A stretch of 64,000 nt of DNA, taken from the NCBI RefSeq assembly GCF_004010195.1, contig NC_057728.1, forward strand, positions 41,954,844 through 42,018,843. The letters are read 5' to 3'. Both the position numbers and the translations under genes were made by a program. This document shows positions 1 to 14,649 of the stretch, in pieces (the stretch's first letter is position 1; every line of letters starts with the position of its first letter). Under the pieces are notes generated by a model. It was given only the letters and a program-made list of their open reading frames with translations, was not told the origin of the DNA and searched no databases. Source of the DNA: Chiloscyllium plagiosum (lineage: Eukaryota).

Positions 1-521
1 AAAGACATTCTGGCTATTGAGGGAGTGCAGCGTAGGTTCACGAGGTAAATTCCTGGAATGGTGGGATTACCTTACACTGAAAGACTGGAGCACTTGGGCT
101 TGTATACCCTTGAGTTTAGAAGACTGAGAGGGGATCTGATTGAGACAGATAAGATTATTAAAGGATTGGACACTCTGGAGGCAGGAAACATGTTTCCGCT
201 GATGGGTGAGTGCCGAACCAGAGGACACAGCTTAAAAATACGGGGTACACCATTTTGGACAGAGATGAGGAGAAATTTCTTCACCCAGAGAGTGGTGACT
301 GTGTTGAATGCTCTGCCCCTAAGGGCAGTGGAGGCCCAGTCTCTGGATTCATTTAAGAAAGAGTTGGATAGAGCTCTCAAGGATAGTGGAATCAAGGGTT
401 ATGGAGATAAGGCAGGAACAGGATACTGATTAAGGATGATCGGCCATGATGATATTGAATGGTGGTGCAGGCTCAAAGGGCAGAATGGCCTACTCCTGCA
501 CCTATTGTCTATTGTCTATTG
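1..521 (+). mobile_element. CR1/HER1 LINE 3' end
   Basis: ORF2 C-terminus (LEFRRLRGDLIE...TRGHSLKI...FFTQRVV), 3' UTR and (ctattgt)n tail. Confidence 0.9.
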
Positions 522-881
522 TTTTAGCTCCACAGACCCTGTGAGCATCAGCATCCAGTAGTCTCTTTGAAGACTGTAGCTTTGTCAACTGTCATCAGTG
601 TAAACTAGCTGTAGCCTGCATAGCATTTGCTGTGATCAGGGATGATCAATTATTAGTAAAGGTGCTTGAATCATGCATTAGGCTTTTGATTTGCATAAAA
701 CACTAGCTGTTAGTCTAGTGCACTAGACTAGGAACTAATGTGACACACAACACCAATCCGGTGTAGATTGGAAGTACACACATCATTTTAATCCCTCAGT
801 ATCTGTTTATCACCTAAAATAACATGATTTCATGATGCACATTCTAAGACGATATGTCTCATTCACTCCATCCAGTTATAC

Positions 882-990
882 CTTTCTGTTCCCTTGTCCT
901 GAGTCACATGGTATTGTTGGGCTGTCAGTCGCTCCCGCAGTTCCTGCTCTGGGAAGACCACTTTGCAGCTGCTTTTATCCCTCCGTGAAC
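882..990 (-). CDS. MSRB3: MSRB3 first common exon (G)SRRDKSSCKVVFPEQELRERLTAQQYHVTQDKGTE(S/R)
   Basis: Acceptor tctctctctctttcag|, donor AG|GTATAA, 109 nt (phase 1 to phase 2). The peptide resembles human GSCRDKKNCKVVFSQQELRKRLTPLQYHVTQEKGTES (SelR/MsrB N-terminal LT..QY.VTQ..GTE motif). Confidence 0.95.
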
Positions 991-1516
991 CTGAAAGAGA
1001 GAGAGAATATGGGAGAAGCAGTTCTTTAGTTCAAACCCAAATCATTTCTTTAGATGATGGCCATAGCACAGCTTTTGCACTCATTTGTCAAACGCCAAAC
1101 TAACCTCCAATGCAATGCTGAATTCAGCTGAACATAGCTGATTACTTCTTTAATTCCAAGTTAAGAATGTGCAAAAGAGCCAGGTGATTCCAGTGGAGCA
1201 GTGGCCATGTGTTACAGCCAAAAGCCTTTGTGTATATATGATAGTGACTAACTCCATACTGATAGTAGAAAAGAATTGATTTCACACAGAAATTAGAAAA
1301 AAAATGGTGCAGTTCACTCAAGTTGAGAACTGACTATTTTGACCTTCTTGCTCTGAAACCGTTGTACCAGTGTCACTTGGTTTTTAAAAGTACCAGCAAT
1401 TAATAAGTTCAAAATGTAATGGTCAGGGGGATGGAATGGATATAATGGTGCCATTCCAGCCTACAATGTCTGTGAAATTTAAATCGAAGGTGATTTATCA
1501 ATGTTACATGATACCG

Positions 1517-2137
1517 AGCTTTGAGAAGATTTGTAGCTCAGGTTGAGGTTCTGGATGCAGGTTTGCTCGCTGAGCTGGAAGGTTCGGTTTCAGATGTTTC
1601 GTCACCATACTAGGTCACTTCATTAGTGAGCCTCTGGATGAAGCACTGGTGGTATGGCCCGTTTTTTATTTATGTGCTAGGTTTCCTTGGGTTTCTGACA
1701 TCATATCCTGTGGTGATGCCATTTCCCATGGTGATGTCATTTCCGGTTCTTTTTCTCAGGTGTGGTAAATGGGATCCAAGTCAATGTGTTTGTTGATAAG
1801 AGTTCCGGTTGGAATACCATGCTTCGAGGAATTCTCGCGTGTGTCTCTGTTTGCCTTGTCCAAGGATGGATGTGCTGTCCCAGTCGAAGTGGTGTCCTTC
1901 CTCATCTGTTTGTAAAGATACTAGTGAGAATGGGTCATATCTTACCACCCCCGAGAAAAAGAACAGGGAATGACATCACCACAGGAAATGGTGTCACCAA
2001 CCCAAAGAAACCTAAACACATAAATAAAACGTGAGCCAATGCACCACTGCTTCATCCGGAGACTCACTGATGATGATACCAGTATGGTGATGAAACATCT
2101 AAAACCAAACCTGCCATCTCAGTGAGCAAACATCCCA
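1517..2137 (-). mobile_element. Penelope-like element (Penelope/Poseidon type), 3' fragment with inverted pLTR
   Basis: Minus strand ~1940-1762 encodes a GIY-YIG C-terminus (DEEGHHFDWDSTSILGQGKQRHTREFLEAW...INKHIDLDPIY). Arms ~1561-1757 and ~1952-2131 are inverted copies. Degenerate flanking direct repeat ttacatgataccg / ttatatgatattg. Confidence 0.85.
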
Positions 2138-2987
2138 TTATATGATATTGTTTGTCTGCATCTTGTCAGTTCTTCCTCTGAGTAAACTTCACAGAATTGG
2201 ACTTGCGGGCACAAGAGATTTTCCCAGATCACTGTGATGTAAATGGGCAATATACATTATCCAGCCTGGATAATAAGACAGCTGTACCTCCTTTTAAGAA
2301 AACCTGCAAGATATCTCTTGAGCATTAAGATGCTTCAATTATAATTTATTTTCATTCGCATAGAAGAAGTGATTTCAGTTGTTCAAATCTATTGCAAATC
2401 TTGTAAACTCAATAGCTCAGGCAAATTACATTTGTACTTTCAAGTCAATGAGCAAATGATGCACCACACAAAACAAAGCTAATTATGGTAATAACAAATA
2501 AGAATTTAAAATTATTCTCATGGAAAATATGAGCATATCAAAATGCAAGCCAAATATACAAAACATGTGAAAATTGGGTTATTTTGATTTGAATGTTATG
2601 GCAATATTCAGATGTTTGGTTTAACCAGAAACAGTTCTCTTAATAGAACTTGTACTTCTCATGGATTTGATTCACTTATTTAAAGCTTTAAAAATGAAAG
2701 ACATGATGTTCCCCTCACTGGAAGTGGTAAGAAGGGTGGGGAGAAGGGTCGGTAACAGGGCGAGTTGGTCTTAGAAAAAAACTCATCTCCTTCATTGGAG
2801 ACGGTTTTTGAAAGTCCTTCCCCAGTTCTTCCTCTGGATCCCCTGACCTCCATCCTAAAGGAGGATAAAACTAAAATGGCTGACAGCTTCTGATGACCGA
2901 AGCCATCAAGGTCAAGGCCTGTATTAAGACAAGATACTTACCTGACAGCTCTGAATTAGTCAATTGGTGGATGATGGGCTACGTTAT

Positions 2988-4556
2988 GGAACAAAGAACA
3001 AAGAAAATTTACAGCCCAGGAAAAGGCCCTTTAGCCCTCTAAGCCTGAGCTGATCCAAATCCACTGTCTAAACCTATCGCCCAATTCCTAAGTATTCCTC
3101 TGTTCCCCACCAACTTATGAATCTGTCCAGACGCATCTTAAATTAATCTACCATGCCTGCCTCTACTACCTCTGCTGGCAACGTGTTCCTGGTGCCTATC
3201 ACCCTCTGTATAAAGTACTTGCTGTGTCTATCCCCCTTAGACGTTTCACCTCTCAATTTGAAAGCTATTAATGAATCCTTCACCCTGGGAAAAGGCTTAT
3301 CTCTATCTACCCTGTCTATACCCTTCATGATTTTGTAGATCTCAGTCAGGTCCCCCCTCAATCTCCTTTTTTCTAATTAAAAAAAACAAACCTAACCTAC
3401 TTAACCTCTCTTCATAGTTAGCACCTTCCATACCAGGCAACATCATTGTAAACCTTCTCTGCACCCTCTCCAAAGCGTCCACACCCTTCTGGTAATTTGG
3501 CGACCAGAACTGCACACAGTATTCTAAATGCGGCCAACCCAATGTCTTGTACATTTTTAACATGACCTGCCAGCTCTTATACTCAATATCACATCTGATG
3601 AAGTCAAGCATACCATATGCCTTCTTGACCACTCTATCCACCTGTGCAGCAACCTTCAGGGTACAATGGACTTGAACTCCAAGATCTCTCTGCTCACCAA
3701 CTTTTCCTAAGGCTCTTCTATTTACTGCATAATTCGCTCTAGAATTAGACTTCCCAAAATGCATCACCTCACATTTGCCTGCATTGAACTCCATCTGCCA
3801 CTTCTCCGCCCAACTATCCAGTCTATCTATAATGTCCTATATTCTTTGACAGTTGCCTAAGCTTTCTGCTACTTCACCAATCTTCGTGTCATCTGCAAAT
3901 TTGCTGATCATACCAACAGTGCCCTCTTTCAGGTAATTTATGTCTATCACAAACAACAGTGGCCCCAATACTGACCCCTGTGGAACACCACTGCTCACCT
4001 TGCTCTATTTCGAGAAACTCCCTTCAACTACTACTCTCTGCCTCCTGTTGCTCAACAAGTTCTTTATCCACCTAGCTAGAACACCCTGCACACCATGTGA
4101 CTTCACTTTCTCCATTATTTTACCATGGGGAACCTTATCAAATGCCTTACTGAAGTCCATGTATATGACATCCACAGTCCTTCCTTCATCTATCAACTTG
4201 GTCACTTCCTCAAAGAATTCTATTAAGTTGGTAAGGCACAATCTCCCCCACACAAAACTGTTGCTATTACTGATAAACCCATTCTTTTCCAAATATAAAT
4301 AGATTTTATCCCTCAGTACCTTCTCCAGCAACTTTCCCACCACTGATGTCAGGCTCACCGGTCTGTAGTTACCCAGAATATCCCTACTACCCTTTTTGTA
4401 CAGGGGGACATCATGAGCAACACTCCAGTCCTCCAGCACCTCACCTGTGTTTAAGGATGCCACAAAGATATCTGTCAGGGTCACAGCTATTTCCTCTCTC
4501 AGCAACCTGGGATAGATCCCATCCGGTCCTGGGGATTTGTCTACCTTAATATTAGA
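2988..4556 (-). mobile_element. CR1/HER1 LINE, 5'-truncated, RT region to 3' tail
   Basis: KSPGPDGIYPR, NYRPVSLTSVVGK, YMDFSKAFDKVPH and HLEYCVQFWSP motifs with frameshifts; repeat tail at ~2988. Confidence 0.95.
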
Positions 4557-5539
4557 TAGAGTCATGGGCCAACACACTGATTCCCACACATAATACATTT
4601 TCTCATATCTTTTCTAATATGCTGCTGGCAATTTAGCAGCAAATGATGTGAACTGGATATGTACTTCAGAGTTTAATAAAGCAAAGTTGATAATTTAACA
4701 AGGTTTTAGGGCTTTTTTAAAACATGCAAATGGTTTAGGTGCAGTAGTCCATTCAAACTTGAACCTCCCCTGCTATTCAATAAGGTCATGGATAAGATCG
4801 GATTGTGACCTCAAAATCAACTTAATCCTGAAAATCTTTCACCCCTCTGTCTTCCAGGAATCCATCCACTTCTGCCATAAAAAAAACGAAGAGCCTGCTT
4901 CCATCACATTTTTGGGAAGAGTTCCCGAAATCGCAACCCTCAGGCAAAACAATTTGAATTACTCCTTTTGGGCGAGCACTGATTTTTAAATTTACTTCTA
5001 GGTTCTTCCAAAAGAGGAAACATCTTCTCCACATCTATCTTGTCAGCAGCCCTCAGGATTTTAATTGTATTAATCAACTCAAAACTCTGGCTGTAATGGA
5101 AGATTTGTGATTTATGTATAAAATGTCTACCAATATTAACTATTTTAGAGTTGGGATTTTAAACCAGTAATATATGGGTTTTGGTCTGTGTAAATGAAGG
5201 ATTTTAGTGATGAACTTGTCAGCATTTGTGGAGCCATTTTTTAAAAAATCTAGCATAAGTGAAAAAAAATCGCTAGAGTGTTGATGTGAATTTGTTTGCA
5301 TTGGAAATGTTTGCTCCTGGACAGAGTAAATATAGAGGATAATTAGCTTGCTTCCAGAGAGGAGAACCAGAATTGAACTTTGATTGCTTAGAGGAAAAGC
5401 CCATTCTGGAAAACAAATTGATTTTCAGTTTGCAGAAGTTGTGGTTGGTGTTAGATGTTAAATAGTTCTTTCTGAAGAAAGGAAATCATTCAGAACAGTG
5501 AGGAAGTAGGTTACCTCATTTTAAAGATATCAGGGTGAA

Positions 5540-5780
5540 AATTCCAGACCAGAATGTTTGATGTTGCCTGGACTGGAGTGGAGTGTATCAGCTGTAAGGA
5601 GAGGTTGGACAAACTTGGATTGCTTTCATTACAGCATTGGAGGTTGAGTGAGCAACCTGAGAAGTATATAAAATTATGGGAGGTATGGAGAGGAAAGATT
5701 GTCAGAGTATTTTCCTTGGGTGGAAATGTCAGATAATAGGGGGCAAAGGTTAAGGTGAGAAAGTGAAAGTTTAAAGGAGG
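5540..5780 (+). mobile_element. decayed CR1 3' fragment
   Basis: KERLDKLGLLSL-type ORF2 C-terminal remnant. Confidence 0.65.
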
Positions 5781-5968
5781 TTATTATAATAGAAGGATAT
5801 ACTTTTTATGATTAAAAACAGATCTGCAACATTACATGCTTGTGTGTCAGTGATCACCTCATTAAATAAAAGAAAGAAAACATGATCTATCAAGCCAGAT
5901 TTCAGTCTGGGATCTGACTTGCCCAGTAATAACATTAGCTGGGATCATAAAATAGACACAAGACTAAC

Positions 5969-7296
5969 CTATCCTAACCCTTAACAATTTCTCCTTTGAA
6001 TCCTCCCACTTCCTCCAGACCAAAGGGGTAGCCATGGGCACACGTATGGGCCCCAGTAATGCCTGTCTCTTTGTTGGCTACGTAGAGCAGTTGATCTTCC
6101 GTAATTACACCGGCACCACTCCCCACCTCTTCCTCCGCTACACTGATGACTGCATTGGCGCCACCTCGTGCTCCCACGAGGAGGTTGAGCAATTCATCAA
6201 CTTCACCAAAACATTCCACCCTGACCTTAAATTTACCTGGACCATCTCTGACACCTCCCTCCCCTTCCTGGACCTCTCCATCTCCATCAGTGACGACAGA
6301 CTTGACACTGACATTTTCTACAAACCCACCGACTCCCACAGCTACCTGGATTACACACCTCTTCCCACCCTACCTCTTGCAAAAATGCAATCCCGTATTC
6401 CCAATTCCTCCGCCTCCGCCGTATCTGCTCCCAGGAGGAGCGGTTCCACCATAGAACACACCAGATGGCCTCCTTCTTTAGAGACCGCAATTTCCCATCC
6501 CACGTGGTTAAAGATGCCCTCCAACGCATCACGTCCACATCCCGCACCTCCGCCCTCAGACCCAACCCCACCAACCGCAACAAGGAGAGAATGCCCCTGG
6601 TGCTCACCTTCCACCCTACCAACCTTCGCATAAACCAAATCATCCACCGACATTCCCGCCACCTCCAAACAGACCCCACCACCAGGGATATATTTCCCTC
6701 CCCAATCCTCTCCGCCTTCCGCAAAGACCGTTCCCTCCGTGACTACCTGGTCAGGGCCACGCCCCTATAAGCCACCCTCCCATTCTGGCACCTTCCCCTG
6801 CCACCGCAGGAACTGTAAAACCTGCGCCCACACCTCCTCCCTCACCTCCATCCAAGGCCCCAAAGGAGCTTTCCACATCCATCAAAGATTTACCTGCACA
6901 TCCACTAATATCATCTATTGTATCCGTTGCTCCCGATGCGGACTCCACTACATTGGGGAGACTGGACACCTCCTAGCAGAGCGCTTTAGGGAACATTCCA
7001 AACTTCCAGCTCAGCACTGTCCCCATGACTTGTCCGGACTTGTCCTACCTGCCTATCTCCTTTTCCACCTATCCACTGCACCCTCTCCTCCCTGACCTAT
7101 CACATTCATCCCCTCCCCCACTCACGCATTGTACTCTATGCTACTTTCTCCCCCCCCCCCCCCCCCTCTAGCTTATCTCTCCACTTCAGGCTTACTGCCT
7201 TTATTCTTGATGAAGGGCTTTTGCCCGAAACGTCAATTTTGCTGCTCCTTGGATGCTGCCTGAACTGCTGTGCTCTTCCAGCACCACTAATCCACT
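5969..7296 (+). mobile_element. Penelope-like element (Neptune-like): partial RT, Cys linker, GIY-YIG endonuclease, pLTR
   Basis: MGTRMGPS..CLFVG, FLRYTDDC, PFLDL and FYKPTD RT motifs; PCHRRNCKTC linker; NIIYCIRCSRCGLHYIGETG GIY-YIG motif; frameshifted. Decayed hammerhead core at ~7207-7234. Confidence 0.92.
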
Positions 7297-7299
7297 ATC

Positions 7300-10200
7300 T
7301 ATAAGATAGCCTGCCTAGTCCAAATATTACTCTAGTAAACCGTTTCCAATCTGTCTCCAATACTTCTGCTTCCTTTCTTAAATTATGTGATTAATATTGT
7401 GCATAGCACTCCAGTTTCAGCCTTACCAATGCTCTTTTTAACTGAACCATAACCTCCCTGGTTCTATATTCAATTTCCCTCACTATAGAACATAGAACAA
7501 TACAGCGCAGAACAGGCCCTTCAGCCCATGATGTTGCGCCGACCTGTGACTCATTCTAAGATCATCCCCTACACTATCCCACCATCATCCATGTGCTTAT
7601 CCAAGGATTGTTTAAATGCCCCTAATATGGCTGAGTTAACTACATTGACAGGTCGGGCATTCCACACCCTTACCACTCTCTGAGAGAAGAACCTGCCTCT
7701 GACATCCGTCTTAAATCTTTTACCTCTCAATTTGTAGTTATGCAACCTCGTGCAAACTGACATCATCATCCTGGGAAAAAGATTTTCACTGTCTACCCTA
7801 TCTAATCCTCTGATCATCTTTTATGTCTCTATAAAATCCCGTCTTAGCCTTCTTCTTTCCAATGAGAACAGATCCAAGTCTCTCAGCCTTTCCTCATAAG
7901 AGTTTCCCTCTAGACCAGGCAACATCCTGGTAAGTCTCCTCTGCACTTTTTCCAATGCTTCCTGTAATGGGGCAACCAGAATTGTACACAATAGTCCATG
8001 TGGGGCCACACTAGCATTTTTTATAGTTGCAGCATGACATTGCGGCTCCGGAACTCAATCCCTCTACTAATGAAACCTAACACACCGTATGCCTTCTTAA
8101 CAGCACTATCAACCTGGGTGGCAACTTTCAGGGATCTATGTACATGGACTCCAAGATCACTCTGCACATCCACACTACCAAGAATATTTCCATTGACCCA
8201 GTACTCTGCCTTCCTGTTATTCTTCCCAAAGTGAATCACCTCACATTTACTACATCGAACTCCATTTGCCACCTCTCAGCCTAATTCTGCAGTTTATCCA
8301 AGTGTCCCTGCAACATTCTTCCACACTGCCCACTACTCCACCTACTTTAGTGTCACCTGCCAAGTTACTAACCCTCCCACTTATGCTTGCGGCTAAGTCA
8401 TTTATAAAAATGACAAACAGCAGTGGTCCCAAAACAGATCCTTGTGGCACACCACTGGCAACCGGACTCCAGGCTGAATATTTTCCATCAACCACCACTC
8501 GCTCTCTTCTTTCAGAAAGCCAGTTTAATACCCAAACTGTAAATCACCCTCAATCCCATGCCTCTGCATTTTCTCCAACAGCCTACCATGTGGAACCTTA
8601 TCAAAAGTTTTATATAAATGATAATCTACTAGCTTTCCTAGGTACTTGCAGTACCTGCTTACAAACCTTACGAGATTCACGCAAAATGTACCCAGGTTCC
8701 TCTGCATTTCAGAGCTGTGCAATTTCTCATCATTGGACAATGTGTTTTTTTTAATCATTCTGGCCAAAGTTGACAATTTTATGTTGTCACATATTATACT
8801 GTATTATCCGCATCTCTGCCCACTCACTTACCTTATTTATATCTTTTTGTAATCTCCTTGTAACCTCCTCAAAACTTACTTTCCCACTTACACTTGTGTC
8901 AGTAGCAAATTTAACAACCATACTTTCCATCCCTCGTCCATTTATATCAACTGAAACAGTTAAGGTTCCAGCACTAAACCCCTGTGGCACACCACTTGTT
9001 ACATCTTAACCTGAAAACCACCTATTTGTAACTCCCTGTTTCCTGTTAAGTAGTTCAATTTTCTAAGTAGGTCAATATGCTATGGCCTATATCATGAACT
9101 TTCTTTCTTCTGCAATAATATGGCTTGGCACTTCATCAAATGCCTTCTGGAAATCTAGTTATAGTACATCAATCATGCCCCTTATCAACGGCACACACTA
9201 CCTCCTTAAAGAACTCCAATAGATTGGTCAAGCATGATTTCCCTTTCATAAACCAATGTTGCTTCTTCCTGATTACTTTGAAGTTAGCATTGATACATAA
9301 CTTCTTTGATAATAGTTTCTAACATTTTCAGTATGATAGATGTTAAACTAACTGGCCTTATTCTGTCTCCCTCACCTTCTGAATAAAAGGAGTACAATTT
9401 TTCATCTTGTTCTTATTTAATATTTTAACAATAGTCCAAGACCCACTCCCCTCTCACTCTCGTTGAATGCAAAATTCAAGTATGTTATGGTTGCTGCTAC
9501 CCAAGTGCTCTTTAACTATGAGATAGTTAGTTAATCCAACCTCATTGCACAATACCAGGTCAACTACAGCTGCTTTCTGGTTGGCTCCAGCTGCTGTAAT
9601 AAATTATCCTGAACACATTCTATGAACTCCTCATTCAGGCTACTTTAGCCCATTTGACTTTTCCAGTTGATATGAAGATCAAAATTTCCCATGATTATGA
9701 CTATGCCTTTCTGACAAGCATTCACTATGTCTTCCTTTACTCCTGACCCTCTTGTATTGTTAATGTTTGGGGACCTGTACACCACTCTCCAAGTAACTTC
9801 TTACCTTTGTCATTTCTACTTAAACTGTTTCCATATCTTGGGTTCCTGAACTTAGGTCATCACTCTATTGTGCTAATACCAACAGAGCCAGCCCTCCACC
9901 TTCACCTACTTTCAGGTCATTCCAAAAAGTCAAGTTCCCTTTAAGAGTCAAATCTCAATCCATATCATCCTGCAGTTATGTCTCTGTAAAGGCTACCAGG
10001 TGACACTTATTTATGTCTATTTGCACTCCCCAGTCATTGTTTTTTCTCTAAGCAATGTGCACTCAGATATACAGCATTTACTTTTATGCATTTACTCCCT
10101 TTGTAAATTCTTGGTTGTTTCTTTAATTCATACTCCTATCCCTTTCTGTCATGGTCTGTTTATTATTTCCCAGATGAAAACCTTTTGCTTTATTTCTACT

Positions 10201-10420
10201 CATTCATTTACCACACTTGATAAATTTGATCATTTGCCCCCACAATTCAATTTAAAATCTGCTCTACTTCCCTAGTTATGCAGTCAGCATGAATAACAGC
10301 CCCATCATAGTTTAGTTGGAGACTGTCCCATTGGTACAAATCCCAGTTTCCCCAGCAATGGTGCCAGTACCCTATGAAGTGGAACTCACTTCCGCCATAC
10401 CAGCATTATGTTGTGAAGGA
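7300..10420 (-). mobile_element. older decayed CR1 LINE (host of the 7485-8608 insertion)
   Basis: RT remnants (PQG..., KFATDT) at ~8610-9330 and endonuclease-like remnants further right; the sequence resumes across the nested copy. Confidence 0.7.
7485..8608 (-). mobile_element. CR1 LINE 3' part nested in an older CR1
   Basis: [20 protein letters not shown] and FFSQRVVRVWN motifs; tail at 7485. Confidence 0.9.
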
Positions 10421-11199
10421 GTGTCAGCATTTTGGCTAATTCTGTCTCTATGCAATCTACCTCAAAAAACTTATTCGATAGCAGGCAAGTAGGCTATTCG
10501 ATAGCAGGCAAGTAAGAGAAACACTGGTTGACTTTTAGCCTGACTGGCCCAAGCTGCTCATATCAACATTCAATCAAGGAACAAGCGTAAGCCTCTTGGC
10601 CCGTTGAGCTTGAATGCTCCACCATTCAATGAGATCATGGACGATCTGATTTGAATCACAACTCTAAATTCCTGCATATCCTTGAAAATCCTTCAACCTT
10701 TGGTAATCTGTAACACTCAGTAACTTTAATAGAAAACAAAATATATTAGATTACCACAATTAATCACTACAAATACGCATATCCTGTGATGGGAAACTGT
10801 GTGCAACTGTTAAGAAAACATAATTCACAGCATTAACATGATAGCAATTTGAGCTTTATTTGGAAGACAATCCCAGCATTATCTAATTCTTAATCAATCA
10901 ATGCTAATCTTGCAATTTAAATATAATTAACAGTATTATTTATATAATTAATTGAATGAATTCTAAACGTCTTTTGCTGTATAAATAAGCTACTCAAGGA
11001 AAACTGGAATCAGGACCTGATTGGAATGGCGCTCTTTAAAAAATGATCATTTATAATTCGTTAGACTTTCCTTCCTGAAATAAACTGCATTCTTTTATCT
11101 TCTACTTAAACCAATAGTTGCTTAGATTTTCATTTGTTCTAGAACCTAATTTATAGATAATACAACTAGAAATTTTAAAATACAAAGTAAGATAACGTT

Positions 11200-12840
11200 T
11201 TAGAGTCATAAAATTTTACAGCACAGAAAGAGGCCCTGCAGCCCATTCGGTCTACGTTGGTTTTCAAGCATCTTTCTACTTGACTCTTATTTTTCAGCAT
11301 TTAGCCCTTATCCTTGTTTGTTATAGCATTTCAATTATTCATCTAAATATCTCTGAAGTATTGACAGCGTTCCTGCCTCTCCCACCTTTCAAGCACAAAA
11401 TGACAGATATTCCTAACCCCAACCTTGTGGATGAATTGTTTTCCCCTCAAATCCACTCCAATTCTCCTACACATCACATTAAATTTCTGGTTATTGATCC
11501 AGGGAATCAGAGGGAAAACATTTCTTCCTATCCAGTCCATGTTCCTCATGCTTTGTAACATATTAATCAGGTTCCTTCTCAGCCTCTTCCACTGTGAGAG
11601 AAACAATCGCAGCCTATCCAGTCTTTCATCATGGCTGAGAGCTTCCAGCTGAGGCAACATCCTGGTGAATCTCCTCTGTACCTTCTCATTTCTACAGTGT
11701 AGTGACCAGAACTGCACACAGTACTCCAGTTGTGGCCTTAACAACTTAACAAATAACATCTCATATAGTTCGATCATTACCTTTGCGCTCTTGTATTCAA
11801 TGCCTCAACTAATTTGTGGCTGTGAGTGTGGGGGCTGTGTACATGTGAGTGTATGGGTCTGTAGGCGTGTGTGTGTGTGTGTGTGTGTGTCTGTGCCAGA
11901 TGTGACACTTTTACAGCTTCTACCCAGAATATATTAAGACAGTCATCCTTTACGGATGAGCCCTACGCATGCACAGGATCTGCTCAAATGACTATATATG
12001 TCTTAACTATCTTATCCAGCTGTCCTGCTGCCTTCAAGGACCTATGAAAAAACACACACACACACCAAGCTTGCTCTGATAGTCAGTATTTTCTAGAGTC
12101 CTACTTTTATCATATATTTCCTTGCCTTGCCAATCTTCCCAAAATGCACCATCTCACATTTTACAGGGTTAAATTCCATTTACCATTGCTCATCTGACAA
12201 GTCCATCTATATCATTCTGTAATTTAAGGCTCTATTCCTTGCTATTTTAACACAACATATTTTTGGGTCATCAGCAAACTTGCTGATCAGACCTTCGACT
12301 TTCCAAGCAACCAGCAAAAGACCCAGCACCAAACCCTGGAACTGTAAACATGCTTCTAGTCACAAAGACAATCTTTAAGCATCATTCTCTGCTTCTTACC
12401 AACTAAGCCAATTTTGGATCTAATTTGCCAAATTGCCATAGATCCCATGGACTTCCTGACCAGTGTCCCATGCGAAATCTTGTCACAAGACTTACTGAAG
12501 TCTGTACAAACTATAATCAACTGTTACTACCCTAATTTCACATTTAGACACCTCCTCAAAAATTTAAATCAAATTTGTTATACATGATCTCCACCTGATG
12601 ATACTTGATATTCTATTCCTCTCCAAGTTGAGACTAATCTGCCTCTCAGAACGTTCTTCCAATAGTTTACCTATCACTAGCCTGTTGTATTCTGGTTCAT
12701 TCCGAATAATGGTATTTCAGTTGTTCTCCAGTTCTCTGGTACCTCTCCTGTCTTATCCAGAGAGTATTTGAAAATTGATTTCAGCACCCTTTAATCTCCT
12801 TCCTTGCCTCCCACAGCTGCCTGGGATTCATCCACTTTAA
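11200..12840 (-). mobile_element. decayed CR1 LINE
   Basis: RPQLEYCVQFWS and VQRRFTRMLP motifs, with RT remnants to ~12800. Confidence 0.85.
11867..11890. repeat. (GT)12 microsatellite
   Basis: Read directly from the sequence. Confidence 0.95.
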
Positions 12841-13539
12841 AGTTTCCAAATACATTGAGTGGAATATTTTTCTTAAACCCGCATTCATCAATTTTACTTT
12901 GCATTAAGGTAATTGCTGCTCAGGAATGAAATCTTAATTTTCCTATACTTGATTCGTTTGTAATGTTCCAAAATGTTCAGAAATGTAATTATCAAGTCTG
13001 TCAGATGGTCCTTTTGTTGCTCCAGGGATGCAGCACATTCTGACAAACTCACATTCAAAATGTGACAAGACTAAATCATAACTGTAATGGGAATTATCAT
13101 GAATTCTATGTTAGAATGTTGCACAAATGTTCTATTTTTGCATTTTTTCAAAATTACAAATCAACTTTATGGCAGGAAGTTTTTAATGAACCCATGCATT
13201 TTGCTGGAGTCTCACGTGCCTACACCACAAATCAGAAATATGCATTGTCCATGGTTTTTATGCCTTTAAAATGAATCACTGAATTGTAGCCAGTACATAC
13301 CCAAATTTTTCATTTGTGTTATTGGTGGGTGAGACTCCTCCTGGCAACAGAGATTATAAAATCACCCACAAATTGCAAATTTGATCAAATATTCTATTAC
13401 CCTTTTGGAGTTTTGTTATTTTCATTTTTTCAAAATTAATAGAGTTGATTTAATAGAACATCTCAGTTCATAACAAACGCAAAATAATTAAGGCACACAG
13501 AGCTAAAATGTTGGGCCAGTTCCCAGTCTAGATGTGGTC

Positions 13540-13858
13540 TTTTTTTATTTATTCACAGATGAAGGCGTCACTATTGTCCATTCCTAATTACCTAGAGGGA
13601 AATTAAGAGTTACATGTAGGCCAGACCAGGTACGGATGGCAGCTTCCTTCCCGAAAGGACATTAGTGAACTGGTTTTTCCAGACAATTGACAATAGTCAT
13701 TGATTCAGGCTCATCATTAGATTCCTAAATTCAGAATTTTTTTTAAAAATTTGATTTCAAATTGTCATCTGTCTGGGATTTGAACCCCAGGTCCCCAGAA
13801 CATTATCTGGGTCTCCGGATTAACAGTTGACTGATAACACCACGAGGTCACCACCTCC
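13540..13858 (-). mobile_element. tRNA-derived SINE (SacSINE1/Deu-SINE-like)
   Basis: Minus-strand B box GGTTCAAATCC; body shared with the copy at 40866-41140. Confidence 0.7.
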
Positions 13859-14649
13859 TACAAAATGTGGCTGTACCCCAACCAAGAGGCATAGGACATT
13901 GATGGAATATGGTCCTCGGGTCTTATGAGCACATTTAGGGTGAGCTGAGGACACAAGTGACTCCACAGGCAACTTGCTGGATGGAAGTTATCAATGGTGA
14001 ACCTCTTGCCTCACCACACATTGTGGAAGCACTTACAGTCTCAAACGACACACTGAAGTCAGCAACGAGGGTGGGGAATTGTAGGAATCACAAAGCCAAG
14101 TTTACTGAGGGCATATTCCTGGCTCCACAAAATATTTGAAACTTCCTTTTGAATGGAAGAGTCTTTGAGTAATCGCAAGGTCATCATGAAGAACATCCTG
14201 TTCATCGCTAATTCCTGTAAAAAAGCATCTTTCCACCAGCATTAGTGTCCAAACTAACCAAGATACCAAAAAGAAAATTGATCCACAACTAAGTTTAGCA
14301 GCTAGGCCCCAAATAGTGGGTTCAATGCATTTCAATTTCTACTCGCAAAAGACATTGGGAGTTTCAATTTCAGACTAGCTGTAATATTAGCACAATGCAA
14401 AATTCAGCTTGGAACATTCCTTGAACTTTCTTACCTCTATAATTTTCTCACTCCCCACCCAATTCTATTATTAGGTCTTGCTGGAATAAGTCCCAGTCAC
14501 CTTTTGAAAAATCTTTAATCCACTGCAAAATCTTAAAGATTCCTCGAATTCTACCCTTACGTATCCCAATTTTAATTGTTCCACCATTGGACGACATCCC
14601 TTTATACATCGAAGTACTCTCTAGTGGAATACTCTCACTATATCTTTCC

